A DNA stretch of 64,000 bases from Malacoraja senta (Eukaryota), in NCBI GenBank assembly GCA_038087875.1, contig JAXLNO010003717.1:1-64000 (forward strand). The letters are read 5' to 3'. Numbering within the stretch: position 1 is the first letter of the stretch; each line of letters opens with the position of its first letter. The position numbers were made by a program, and so were the translations under genes. Under the pieces are notes generated by a model. The model searched no databases. It saw nothing but the letters and a program-made list of their open reading frames with translations, and was not told where the DNA came from. Of this stretch, positions 1-10,279 are shown piece by piece.

Positions 1-462
1 ACACTTAGACAGGTACATGGATAGGACAGGTTTGGAGCAATATGGGCCAAACGCAAGCAGGTGGGACTAGTGTAGATGGGGCATGTTGGCCGGTGTGGGC
101 GAGTTGGGCTGAAGAGCCTTTTGCCACACTGTATCACTGGTGAAGGAACAGAGCGAGTGTTTTGACAATACGGGCGCTCCACATTTACCGTGACCTTGGT
201 AAAGGAGTTGTTATTACATAGACCCTTGTTCCTTGTGCATGTTTTCCTAGTTACTGTCTAACCAGCACAAGCCAGGGCTTCCTGTTCGAAGCAACCGGCA
301 GAGGGGTTGCCTGGGCTGGAAGTCTAGAGACTGGACAAATGTTTATTTTCTTCTTTAAAGCAAAATCCACCTTAGGTGTGGTGTTAATGAAAGTAGCATT
401 TACCAAAGATCGTAGATAGACCCCTCCTGCTAAATGCAATGGGCTGACGAGTAGTATGCAAC

Positions 463-916
463 GGAACATAGATACATAGAAAATAGGTGCAGGAGTAGGC
501 CATTCGGCCCTTCGAGCCTGCACCGCCATTCAATATGATCATGGCTGATCATCCAACTCAGTATCCCGTACCTGCCTTCTCTCCATACCCCCTGATCCCC
601 TTAGCCACAAGGGCCACATCTAACTCCCTCTTAAATATAGCCAATGAACTGGCCTCAACTACCTTCTGGGGCAGAGAGTTCCAGAGATTCACCACTCTCT
701 GTGTGAAAACGTTTTTCCTCATCTCAGTCTTAAAGGATTTCCCCCTTATCCTTAAGCTGTGACCCCTTGTCCTGGACTTCCCCAACGTCGGGAACAATCT
801 TCCTGCATCTAGCCTGTCCAACCCCATAAGAATTTTGTACATTTCTATAAGATCCCCTCTCAATCTCCTAAATTCTAGCGAGTATAAGCCAAGTCTATCC
901 AGTCTTTCTTCATATG
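463..916 (-). mobile_element. CR1 LINE 3' fragment
   Basis: Encodes LSYEERLDRLGLYSLEFRRLRGDLIE...RVVNLWNSLP; CTATGT-type tail. Confidence 0.9.
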
Positions 917-1139
917 ATAGAATTTGTTTCCACGCTTGTATCTCTAAAGTCTGAAGCAGAGTTCCTACAGAAAGCATGGAGTGGGGGGGAGCAGTGTGGA
1001 GGGCGGGCGGGCGGGGGGGGCGAAGAAATGGAGGTGAGGTATGACCAGGACAATTCAGGGCTGTCAACAAATGACCCCAGGCACTGTGGTACCCTGGTGG
1101 GGGCAAAGATATCTTGAGACGGAAGAAGGGTCTCGCCCC

Positions 1140-1665
1140 TTAAAGATAGCGGAAGTCAGGGGATATGGAGATAAGTTAAATGGGGAGTTAAATAGGGCTC
1201 TTAGGGATAGTGGAGTTAAGGGATATGGAGAGAAGGCAGGAACGGGGCACTGATTGGGGTTGATCAGCCACGATCACATTGAATGGTGGTGCTGGCTGGA
1301 AGGGCCGAATGGCCTACTCCTGCACCTATTGTTGGGGAAGTCCAGGACAAGGGGTCACAGCTTAAGGATAAGGGGGAAATCCTTTAAGACCGAGATGAGG
1401 AAAAACTTTTTCACACAGAGAGTGGTGAATCTTTGGAACTCTCTGCCACAGAGGGTAGTTGAGGCCAGTTCATTGGCTATATTTAAGAGGGAGTTAGATG
1501 TGGCCCTTGTGGCTAAGGGGATCAGGGGGTATGGAGAGAAGGCCGGTACGGGATACTGAGTTGGATGATCAGCCATGATCATATTGAATGGCGGTGCAGG
1601 CTCGAAGGGCCGAATGGCCTACTCCTGCACCTATTTTCTATGTATCTATGTATCTATTGTCTATT
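1140..1665 (+). mobile_element. Two nested CR1 3' fragments
   Basis: Two CR1 tails (GYGEKAGTG; CTCCTGCACCTATT); the inner copy at 1332-1650 is flanked by CTATTG. Confidence 0.85.
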
Positions 1666-2209
1666 GAAACGTCACCCATCCCCTTCTCTCCAGAGATGCT
1701 GCCTGTCCCGCTGAGTTACTCCAGCACTTTGTGCCTATCTTCTCCACCCCCCCCACCCCCGACAGTTCTCTCGTAGAATAACACTGTAGAATCTTTTAAA
1801 TATTGCCCCCCCCCACACAACGAGGTGCCCGCTCACCCCCCCTCCCCCAAAGTGCGGTGAGGAATAATCGGTGTCAAAGGTTGACTGACCATTGTTTTTG
1901 AACCAGCTTTTCCTGTGTACTATCTATTCGTCCAAAACAAATATCTCTTCAAAACAAGGTTAGGAAGTGATTATTTTTTTGTTTGGTTACTCACTAGCTC
2001 GTTGGAACAATTACTGGGTTACACTTTAACAGGTAGCAGCAGCAGCAGCGTCTGTGGACAGTCGAACACGCCCGCCCAATGTTCAGGCCAGGTTGCGCAA
2101 CCAGGCCATGGCCACGGCCAATCTCACTGGCCACCCGGCGGCTGGGCGATGGAAGGAACGAGACAGAAGGCGAGGGAGAGAGAGAAAGAGGGGGGGAGGA
2201 AGGTGAAGG

Positions 2210-2245
<36 letters not shown>

Positions 2246-2277
2246 CAGGAAGGGGAGGAGAAATGGTGAGAGAGCAG

Positions 2278-2716
2278 ACAGACTGGATAGACTCGGCTTG
2301 TACTCGCAAGAAGTTAGAAGATTGAGGGGGGATCTTATAGAAACGTACAAAATTCTTAAGGGGTTGGACAGGCTGGATGCAGGAAGATTGTTCCCGATGT
2401 TGGGGAAGTCCAGGACAAGGGGTCACACAGTTTAAGGATAAGGGGGAAGTCTTTTAGGACCGAGATGGGAAAAACATTTTTCACACAGAGAGTGGTGAAT
2501 CTGTGGAATTCTCTGCCACAGAAGGTAGTTGAGGCCAGTTCATTGGCTATATTTAAGAGGGAGTTAGATGTGGCCCTTGTGGCTAAAGGGATCAGGGGGT
2601 ATGGAGAGAAGGCAGGTACGGGATACTGAGTTGGATGATCAGCCGTGATCATATTGAATGGCGGTGCAGGCTCGAAGGGCCGAATGGCCTACTCCTGCAC
2701 CTATTGTCTATGTTTC
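2278..2716 (+). mobile_element. CR1 LINE 3' fragment within GA-rich repeats
   Basis: RLDRLGLYS..RRLRGDLIETYKIL; CR1 tail. Confidence 0.88.
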
Positions 2717-2717
2717 T

Positions 2718-3110
2718 AGACAGAGAGAGAGACAGAGTGAGAGGGGGGAGCGGGGGAGAGAGAGAACGAGAGACAGAGAGAGAGAGAGAGTGGGAGGGGA
2801 AGAGAGAGCGAGAGAGAGAGGAATGGGAGAGAGAGAGAGAGAGAGAGGGACAGAGACAGAGAGGAGGGAGAGCGGGAGGAGAGAGAAAGAGAGACAGAGA
2901 CACAGAGAGAGGGGGGAGAGAGAGAAAGGGGAATGGGAGAGAAAGAGAGGCAGACACAGAGAGAGGACGTAGAGAGAGAGAGAGAGGGGGAGAGAGAGAG
3001 AGGGAGGGAAAAAATGGGTAGGTGAGTAAGGGACAAAGGATGATAGGGCACAAGGGATAGTGGGAGAGAGGGAGAGGGAGAGCGAGACAGAGAGAGAGAG
3101 AGAGAGAGAA
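2718..3110. repeat. GA-rich degenerate microsatellite
   Basis: (GA)n/(GAGG)n tracts; also at 2160-2270. Confidence 0.9.
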
Positions 3111-3325
3111 TCATGCCCCTCCCTCTGTACTGCCCCTTCACTTGATCTGAAACATCATCTGTCCATTTCCCTCCATAGACGCTGCCCGACCCACTAAGTT
3201 CTTCCAGCACTTTGCTTTTGTGACTGAGGCCACACGGGCTGCCGACCTACGGCCCCCTGACCTCTGGCCTCTCTGATCTCTGCCCTCCGTACCCTCCCCG
3301 ATCTTTGACCCCTCCATTCTTTGCC

Positions 3326-3585
3326 TTTGCGGTTGCAGCTCCTAGACTGTGGAACAGCAGCATCCCCCCTTCCCATCAGAACTGCCCCCTCCATCGACTC
3401 CTTTAAGTCAAGACTAAAGACTTATCTAAACTCCCAAGCCTTTCCTGACGTCCTCTGAGTGAGGGCTACATGTATATATGTATGTAGTTTGTTTTGTTGT
3501 GCTATTCTTATAACAAATGTAAAGCACTTTGGCCAACGAGAGTTGTTTTTTTAAATGTGCTATATAAATAAATGTCACTTGACTT
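3326..3585 (+). mobile_element. L2 LINE 3' tail
   Basis: Same family as 41388-41849; ends TATATAAATAAATGTCACTTGACT. Confidence 0.85.
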
Positions 3586-3890
3586 TCCTCTGAGCCCTCT
3601 ACTCCCCTTGACATCTCTCCTCGTCACTCTCTCTGGCCTCTGACTTCTCTACCCCTGACCTTTGCACTCTCTGCTCTCTACCTCTCTGACCCCTCTGACC
3701 TTTCCACCCTCTCTGCTCCCTGACCTCCACCCTCTCTGACCCCTGACCTCCATCCTCCCTGCCCTCTGCCCTATCTGAACCCTGACCTCCATCCTCCCTG
3801 ACCTCTGCCCTCTCCACCCTCTCTGACACTTGACCTCCTCTCTCTCTGCCCTCCGCCCTCTCCACTCTCTCTGACCTCTGCCCTCTCCAC
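3586..3890. repeat. CT-rich degenerate repeat (CTCTGACC/CCCTCT units) before the P2Y acceptor
   Basis: Direct inspection. Confidence 0.85.
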
Positions 3891-3983
3891 CCACAGGTGC
3901 CGTTGACCTCCGCTCCCCACCCCTCGCCGTGCCGCGCTGCCCCCTGCTGGGCGATGCTTGCCGCCGGCGGTCGGCGCTAGAAG

Positions 3984-5041
3984 ATGTTGGAGAACGGTTC
4001 GGGGCCGGCGCCTGGGAACGGCTCGGGCCCGGATTCGGATCCGGGGCGGGAAGGCCCGGCGGGCTCCTGCAACAACGACGAGTCCTACAAGTACGTCTTC
4101 CTGCCCGTGTGCTACACCTACACCTGCGTGCTCAGCCTGGCCCTCAACTCCATCATCCTCTGCAGCATCCTGAAGCGGCGCAAGGAGTGGAACTGCTCGC
4201 TGATCTACATGTTCAACCTGGCCCTGACGGACTTCATGTACGGCCTCTCCCTGCCCTTCCTCATCGCCAGCTACATCATGCACGACGTCTGGGTCTTTGG
4301 CGACTTCACCTGTCGCCTGGTGCGTTTCCTCTTCTACTTTAACCTTTACTGCAGCATCTCCTTCCTCACCTGCATCAGCTTCCACCGCTACCTGGGCATC
4401 TGCCACCCAATGAGGACCATCACCATGGAGACCAAGAAGACCGCCCGCCTGGTGTGCGTGCTGGTCTGGCTGGTGGTCCTGGGCCTGACCAGCCCCATCT
4501 TCCACTTCGCCAAGACGGCCGACACCCACAACGCCACCAACTGCTGGGACGACGCGTTGGACACCGAGTACCCCCACTACGTCCCCTACGGGATCATCCT
4601 CCACTCCGTCGCTTCTTCCTGCCCTTCTCCATCATTGCCTGGTGCTACTCCCGCGTCATCAGGACCATCTTCAAGACCATCAACAACCAGGAGTTCAAGT
4701 CGGCCGTCCCGGGGCTGGAGAAGCGGCGCAAGTCCATCAAGACCATCCTCACCATCACCCTCCTCTTCGCCCTCTGCTTCCTGCCCTTCCACGTCACCAA
4801 GACCATCTTCCTCATCAACAAGGCCGTGCCCAACGTGGCCTGCGCCACCAAGAGGGTGGTCACCATCTGCTACAAGGTCACCCGCCCCCTGGCCAGCTTC
4901 AACGCCTGGCTCAACGCCCTCCTCTACTTCCTCACCAAGGACAAGTGGCCCCAGAACTGCCTGAAGCCCAAGAAGAACGACGACTCCAAGTCTTCGTGGA
5001 ACATCTTCAAGCCCTTCAACCACCTGACGTCACCGGCCTGA
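3984..5041 (+). CDS. P2Y purinoceptor-like class A GPCR (P2Y2/P2Y4/P2Y6-like, P2Y3-like); single coding exon with a 1-bp frameshift at ~4611 (352 aa if restored)
   Basis: ORF 3984.. gives TM1-TM4/ECL2 (FNLALTD, FYFNLYCSISFLTCISFHRYLGICHP). After a 1-nt shift at CAC TCC GTC G[G]C TTC, ORF 4454..5041 gives FFLPF..CY (TM5), CFLPFHVTKT (TM6, HxxK) and YKVTRPLASFN (TM7). GC3 is high throughout. A splice acceptor (pyrimidine tract + CACAG) lies at 3896/3897, upstream of the ATG. Functional gene versus pseudogene cannot be resolved here. Confidence 0.92.
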
Positions 5042-5059
5042 GACGGCGGGCCTGTCGAG

Positions 5060-5560
5060 GAGAACGCTGGTGGTCTCCCAATCCCCTCAACCCCCCTGGG
5101 GTCCCCTCAACCCTCCCCTCATGAGGACGGGCAACTGGTGGACTCCCATTTCTTCATCCCTGTCCCTCAACGTTCAGCCATGAGGACGATGGCTGGTGGA
5201 CTCCCATTTCCTCAACCCCCTGGGGTCCCTCAATAGACAATAGACAATAGACAATAGGTGCAGGAGTAGGGCATCTGGCCCTTCGAGCCAGCACCGCCAT
5301 TCAATGTGATCATGGCTGATCACCTCCCCTCCCCACGGGTCAACCTCCCCTCATGAGGATGGGCAGCTGGTGGACCTCCCATTTCCTCAACGCCCTGTCC
5401 CTCAACCATGCCTCATGAGGACGATGGCTGGTGGACTCCCATTTCTTCATCCCTGTCCCTCAACATTCAGCCAGGAGGACGATGGCTGGTGGACCTCCCA
5501 TTACCTCATCCCTGTCCCTCAACATTCCCTCATGAGGACAGGCAACTGGTGGACTCCCTT
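5060..5560 (+). repeat. ~59-bp minisatellite just downstream of the P2Y stop, interrupted by a CR1 tail (5231-5322)
   Basis: About 7 copies of CATGAGGACGATGGCTGGTGGACTCCCATTTC.TCATCCCTGTCCCTCAAC. Confidence 0.85.
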
Positions 5561-5754
5561 CCCACTCACCTCCCAAGTGGTTCCACGCCTCCCCCCAACT
5601 CCCCCCTCCCCTCCACCCCCCCATCCCATTGAAAGTTCCTCATCTCTTCACGTCCATGCTTCAAGCACGAAGGGTCGACTTTGTGGGACTGGCCCTCTCC
5701 GCCACATCACGGCGAAACGGTCGACGCGAGCCGCCGCCGCCGCCATCTTGTTGG

Positions 5755-8700
5755 TCAAACAGGTCCCTGTGGCAGGAAGAAGGAGGAGGTGGTTTTGTGT
5801 GAACCCCCCTCCCCCCTCAACCCTAACCCCTCAACCGACACTTTCCCAGAGCACCGTGAGGCTTGGCACAACCACAAACCGAAACTCAAATTCGGCCAAT
5901 GGAGTTGATCAGAAGAGGTCAGACCTCCGCCATTTTCCTGTCCCACCGAGTGAACTGAGGTGCGGGCGGGGGAGACTATCTGTGGGTGGTTTGGCGACCA
6001 CGGATGACGTGGCCATGATCTTCTTTCCTTCGTGGGCTGTTCTTTAGTTGACCTTGATCTCAGAAGGACTTGGTTTTGTTCCTCCACCCTGATTTTCAGA
6101 GAGGCCTCATCCTGAGAGGACATCCTGGGTCCTGGCTCCAAAGGCGGCATCTTCGGGAGGTCCAGCCCTCCCATGGGAAGTTCACCTGGGATCTTCTGGC
6201 ATTGGAGACTCTGTGTTGGGGTCTTGGTGATCTCCCCACCCCCATTGACATTGTGACTCTGATAAGAGAGAGGGGGGAGGAGATGGTGAGCAGATCCTTG
6301 GACTCTCGGCTCATTGTTCTCAAAGACCCAACGAGGAAGACCAGGAGGTCAAACCTTCTCCTCATTTGGTTACGGTATATGTCGTTGAGTTGTCTGGCTC
6401 ACCCTCCAACCCAACGGCACAAAACGCTGGAGTAACTCACCGGGACTGGCAGCATCTCCGGAGAGAAGGAATGGGTGACGTTTCGGGTCGAGACCCTTCT
6501 CGCCAATGCTTACCTTCCAAAACAGAGTGGGAGTGGAGAGGGGGGGTGACATTAAAACCTGACTCGGAGCATTAAGTGTTCGGTACATCTACAGCAGGTT
6601 CAGACGGACCACTGCTCATTGGAGCTCGATCGGTTGTGATTTCTGAAACGTCTCCCGCGTGGAGTTGTGATTGATTGACAAAGCCCGAGGGGCAAATGTA
6701 CAATAATAATGGGTGGCATTAAGCGTTATATAAAGAAGGATGTTTCGCGCTCATGGCTTGCTGTATCTCATTCCGTCTCCGGCCTTCTCCGGACATCCTT
6801 GCGATTGAGGCAGTGCAGCGTAGGTTCACCAGATTGATCCCTGGGATGGCGGGACTGTCATATGAGGAAAGATTGAAAAGACTGGGCTTGTATTCACTGG
6901 AGTTTAGAAGGATGAGGGGGGGATCTTATAGAAACATATAAAATTATTTAAAAAAGGACTGGACAAGCTAGATGCAGGAAAAATGTTCCCAATGTTGGGC
7001 GAGTCCAGAACCAGGGGGCCACACACAGTCTTAGAATAAAGGGGAGGTCATTTAAGACTGAGGTGAGAAAAAAAAAATTCACCCAGAGAGTGGTAAATTT
7101 GTGGAATTCGCTGCCACAGAGGGCAGTGGAGGCCAAGTCACTGGATGGATTTAAGAGAGAGTTAGATAGAGCTCTAGGGGCTAGTGGAGTCAAGGGATAT
7201 GGGGAGAAGGCAGGCACGGGTTATTGATAGGGGACGATCAGCCATGATCACAATGAATGGCGGTGCTGGCTCGAAGGGCCGAATGGCCTCCTCCTGCACC
7301 TATTCTCTATGTTTCTCCTGCCCGCGAGGTTGACCTGCAGGCACAGCTAGAAGACATCAGAGCTGAGGCTCGACAAATCAAGGACCAGTCCCACCCCGAT
7401 CACTCCTTCTTCTCCCCTCGGGCAAGAGGTACAGAAGTGTGAAAACGCATACCTCCAGATTCAGGGTAGATCAAAATGCTGGAGAAACTCAGCAGGTGAG
7501 GCAGAAAAGAGATTCGATACCTTGTGTTTAAGAAAGAACTGCAGATGCTGGAAAAATCGAAGGTAGACAAAAATGCTGGAGAAACTCAGCGGGTGAGGCA
7601 GCATCTATGGAGCAAAGGAAGAGGTGACGTTTCGGGTCGAGACCCTTCTTCAGACCTTCCTTCGACCCAAAACCTCGTCACCTATTCCTTCGCTCCATAG
7701 ATGCTGCCTCACCCGCTGAGTTTCTCCAGCATTTTTTATCTACTTCGATTTTTCCAGCATCTGCAGTCCCTTCTTAAACACGTCCAGATTCAGGAACAGT
7801 TTCTTCCCGGCTGTTATCAGGCAACTGAACTGTCCTGTCTCATATTTTGCTCGAAGACACAAAATGCTGGAGTAACTCAGCGGGACAGGCAGCAGGAATG
7901 GGTGACGTTTCGGGTCGAGACCCTTCTTCAGATCTGAAACGTCAACCATTCCTTCTCTCCAGAGATGCTGCCTGTCCCGCTGAGTTACTCCAGCATTTTG
8001 TGTCTACCTTCGATTTAAACCACCATCTGCAGTTCTTTCCTTCATATTTCGCTTGGGCAGCTGGTATGAATATTGATTTCCTCACTTCAGGTAGCCCCAG
8101 CATTCCCCCTCTCTCGCTATCCCTCCCCCACCCAAGTCACACCAGCTTCTCGTTCTCACCCAGCAAACAGCTAACAATGGCCTGTTTCCTTTGTCATCGT
8201 GAATTTTTTGCATATCTTTCGTTCATTGTTCTTTATCTCTCCACATCACCGTCTATATCTCTCGTTTCCCTTATCCCTAACCAGTCTGAAGAAGGGTCTC
8301 GACCCGAAACGTCACCCATTCCTTCTCTCCAGAGATGCTGCCTGTCCCGCTGAGTTACTCCAGCTTTTTGTGTCTATCTTCGGTTTAAACCAGCATCTGC
8401 AGTTCCTTCCAACACAACCATTGTGTCACCAACTGACCTCTCATCTACGTCACTGGACTATCTTTAATCGGACCACATCAGTCTGAAGAAGGGTTTCGGC
8501 CCGAAACGTTGCCTATTTCCTTCGCTGCATAGATGCTGCTGCACCCGCTGAGTTTCTCCAGCATTTTTGTGTACCTGGGATTTTATGCCTTTTCTCATAT
8601 TTACCAGCGTCTACAGTTTAGTTTAGTTTGGAGATACAGCACGGAAACAGGCCCTTCAGCCCACCGACCAGCGATCCCCGCACACTAATGCTATCCCGCA

Positions 8701-9074
8701 CACACTAGGGACAATTTACACTTACACCGAGCCAATTAACCTACAAATCTGTACGTCTTTGGAGTGTGGGAGGAAACCGAAGATCTCGGAAAACCCCACG
8801 CAGGTCGCGGGGAGAAAGTACAAACTCCGTACAGGCAAGCACCCGTGGTCGGGATCGAACCGGGGTCTCTACCGTTACTTCTGCTCCTCAAGGGCTACAC
8901 GAGTCAATAGCACCCCCTCCCCACCCAGTCTGGTGGCCTTTGCTGAGGATGTACATCAACATTACCCGGGATAAACAATAAAACTCGGTCATCGAGGTCC
9001 CATTAACCTCGAGATATTTCATTACAAAGCGAACGACAGCCTGGGTAACGAGGACTTACTGAGCTGGACGCCAT
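5755..9074 (-). CDS. Hypothetical two-exon gene, complement(join(5755..6258,9060..9074)), 172 aa, unknown product
   Basis: Exon 1 reads ATG GCG TCC AGC TCA|GTAAGT. Acceptor CTCCTCCCCCCTCTCTCTTATCAG| at 6258 opens a 167-codon frame continuous with ORF 5755..6174. Phases match (0). No recognisable domain. Confidence 0.35.
6791..7315 (+). mobile_element. CR1 LINE 3' fragment
   Basis: IEAVQRRFTRLIPGMAGLSYEERLKRLGLYSLEFRRMRG. Confidence 0.9.
7466..7782. mobile_element. Palindromic short PLE-derived element inserted into a Rex1-like LINE tail, with a 12-bp TSD
   Basis: Head-to-head copies; TCCAGATTCAGG is duplicated at 7454-7465 and 7783-7794. The host reads TSRFRNSFFPAVIRQLN when rejoined. Confidence 0.8.
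8286..8313 (+). ncRNA. Hammerhead-like motif in a PLE-derived element
   Basis: CTGAAGA A GGGT CTCG ACCC GAAAC GTC; another copy (GUU variant) lies at 8483-8510. Confidence 0.6.
8617..8868 (-). mobile_element. tRNA-derived V-SINE (HE1-like)
   Basis: B-box GGTTCGATCC, central TTTCCTCCCACACTCCAAAGAC domain, (CTAAA)n tail. Confidence 0.8.
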
Positions 9075-9095
9075 CCAAAGATCAAAGGAAGGCCG

Positions 9096-9109
9096 GTTGC
9101 CACGGCAAC
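9096..9109. promoter_or_regulatory. RFX X-box (GTTGCCACGGCAAC)
   Basis: One-mismatch palindromic X-box (consensus GTTGCCATGGCAAC) about 20 bp upstream of a - strand ATG and GTAAGT donor. Confidence 0.6.
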
Positions 9110-10046
9110 GCCGTGTAAAAGAGAAACTAAGACAATGGTGAAAAAGTTGGACCGGTGTTTACGTGACCAACCAAAAAAAAATGTCCACGTGCCAACAGAA
9201 CACTACGCAGTTAAAATTATTTAATACACTCCACGAGAGGGTAAAGGTCATGTCCACGAGCTGGTCAATGCCGATATCTTTTCCCATTGCTACCAGGCCT
9301 CATGCCTGTCTGCTTCAAAGGGATCTTGATTTGGAGGCCTCTAAAATTGAGGGGCCTCGGCTTGATCTTGGTTTGTGGGCCTCTAAAATTGAAATAGGGC
9401 CTAGGCCTCAGCTCATCTATGAGAGGGCCTGCTTCTACTCAGTGCTTCGTGAATCTTACAAACCATCCTACGCTGCTCCGGAAATGCATTTGCGTCGGAA
9501 AGGAACTGCAAGTGCCGGCTTTACGTCGAAGATAGACAAAGGTTCATTTATTGTCACATACACCTATTGGTGTAGTGAAATTCAAGTTGCCATTGCAGCA
9601 CATTAATAAGAATACAACATAACATCATAAAGGAATTTAACATTAAACATAAAAAACATCCCCCCACAATGGTTCCCACTGAGGGGGAAGGCACAAAGAT
9701 GTTTCAGGCCCTTCTCGCCGGGTGATGGTGCTCCGGCGTCGGGAGAACCCTCTCAGCGGCTTGGGACACCTGGGACGGCCGCTTCCTTACCGGAGACCGC
9801 GGCTTCCGAAGCCGACAGGCCGCGCTGGACGGAGCTCCACACAAAACGCTGGAGTAACTCAGCGGGACGAGCAGCATCTCTGGAGAGAAGGAATGGGTGA
9901 CGTTTCGGGGTCTCGCCCCATCTTCAGACTGGCGGGGTTGACTTGATTGGCCGAATGGCCAAGTTCTGCTCCTGCGACGTACGAAATAAAATAAAGGCCT
10001 CTTCAAGGGTGGTTGAGGCGGTGGACAAAGGGATACTTGATTCAGT

Positions 10047-10074
10047 CTGATGAAGGGTCTCGACCCGAAACGTC
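10047..10074 (+). ncRNA. Hammerhead-like motif with canonical CUGAUGA core in a short PLE-derived element
   Basis: CTGATGA A GGGT CTCG ACCC GAAAC GTC. Confidence 0.65.
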
Positions 10075-10279
10075 ACCCATTCCTTCTATCCAGAGATGCT
10101 GCCTGTGCCGCTGAATTAATCCACCATTTTGTGTCTATCTTCGCTGGATATATATTTGTTGGGCCTTCCATCGTAGGTACGTCTTGGAACGGCCGTTCCC
10201 GAAAGCCGGCGGCCTCTAACGGTCCACACCCACCTTACAGGAAGTCATCCGCGTCAACCCAATCTCACCTATCTGTGTT

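Noticed and set aside
2635-3210. RE-rich and LS-rich ORFs; similarly 38567-39108 and 40672-41193
   Set aside because: Translations of microsatellite or low-complexity DNA.
3771-5124. Long antisense and alternative-frame ORFs over the P2Y gene (e.g. 3771..4604 -, 4586..5023 -, 4642..5124 +)
   Set aside because: Shadow ORFs caused by the high GC3 of the real CDS.
8878-8943. Possible middle exon of the - strand putative gene
   Set aside because: In the required phase 0 it contains an in-frame TGA.
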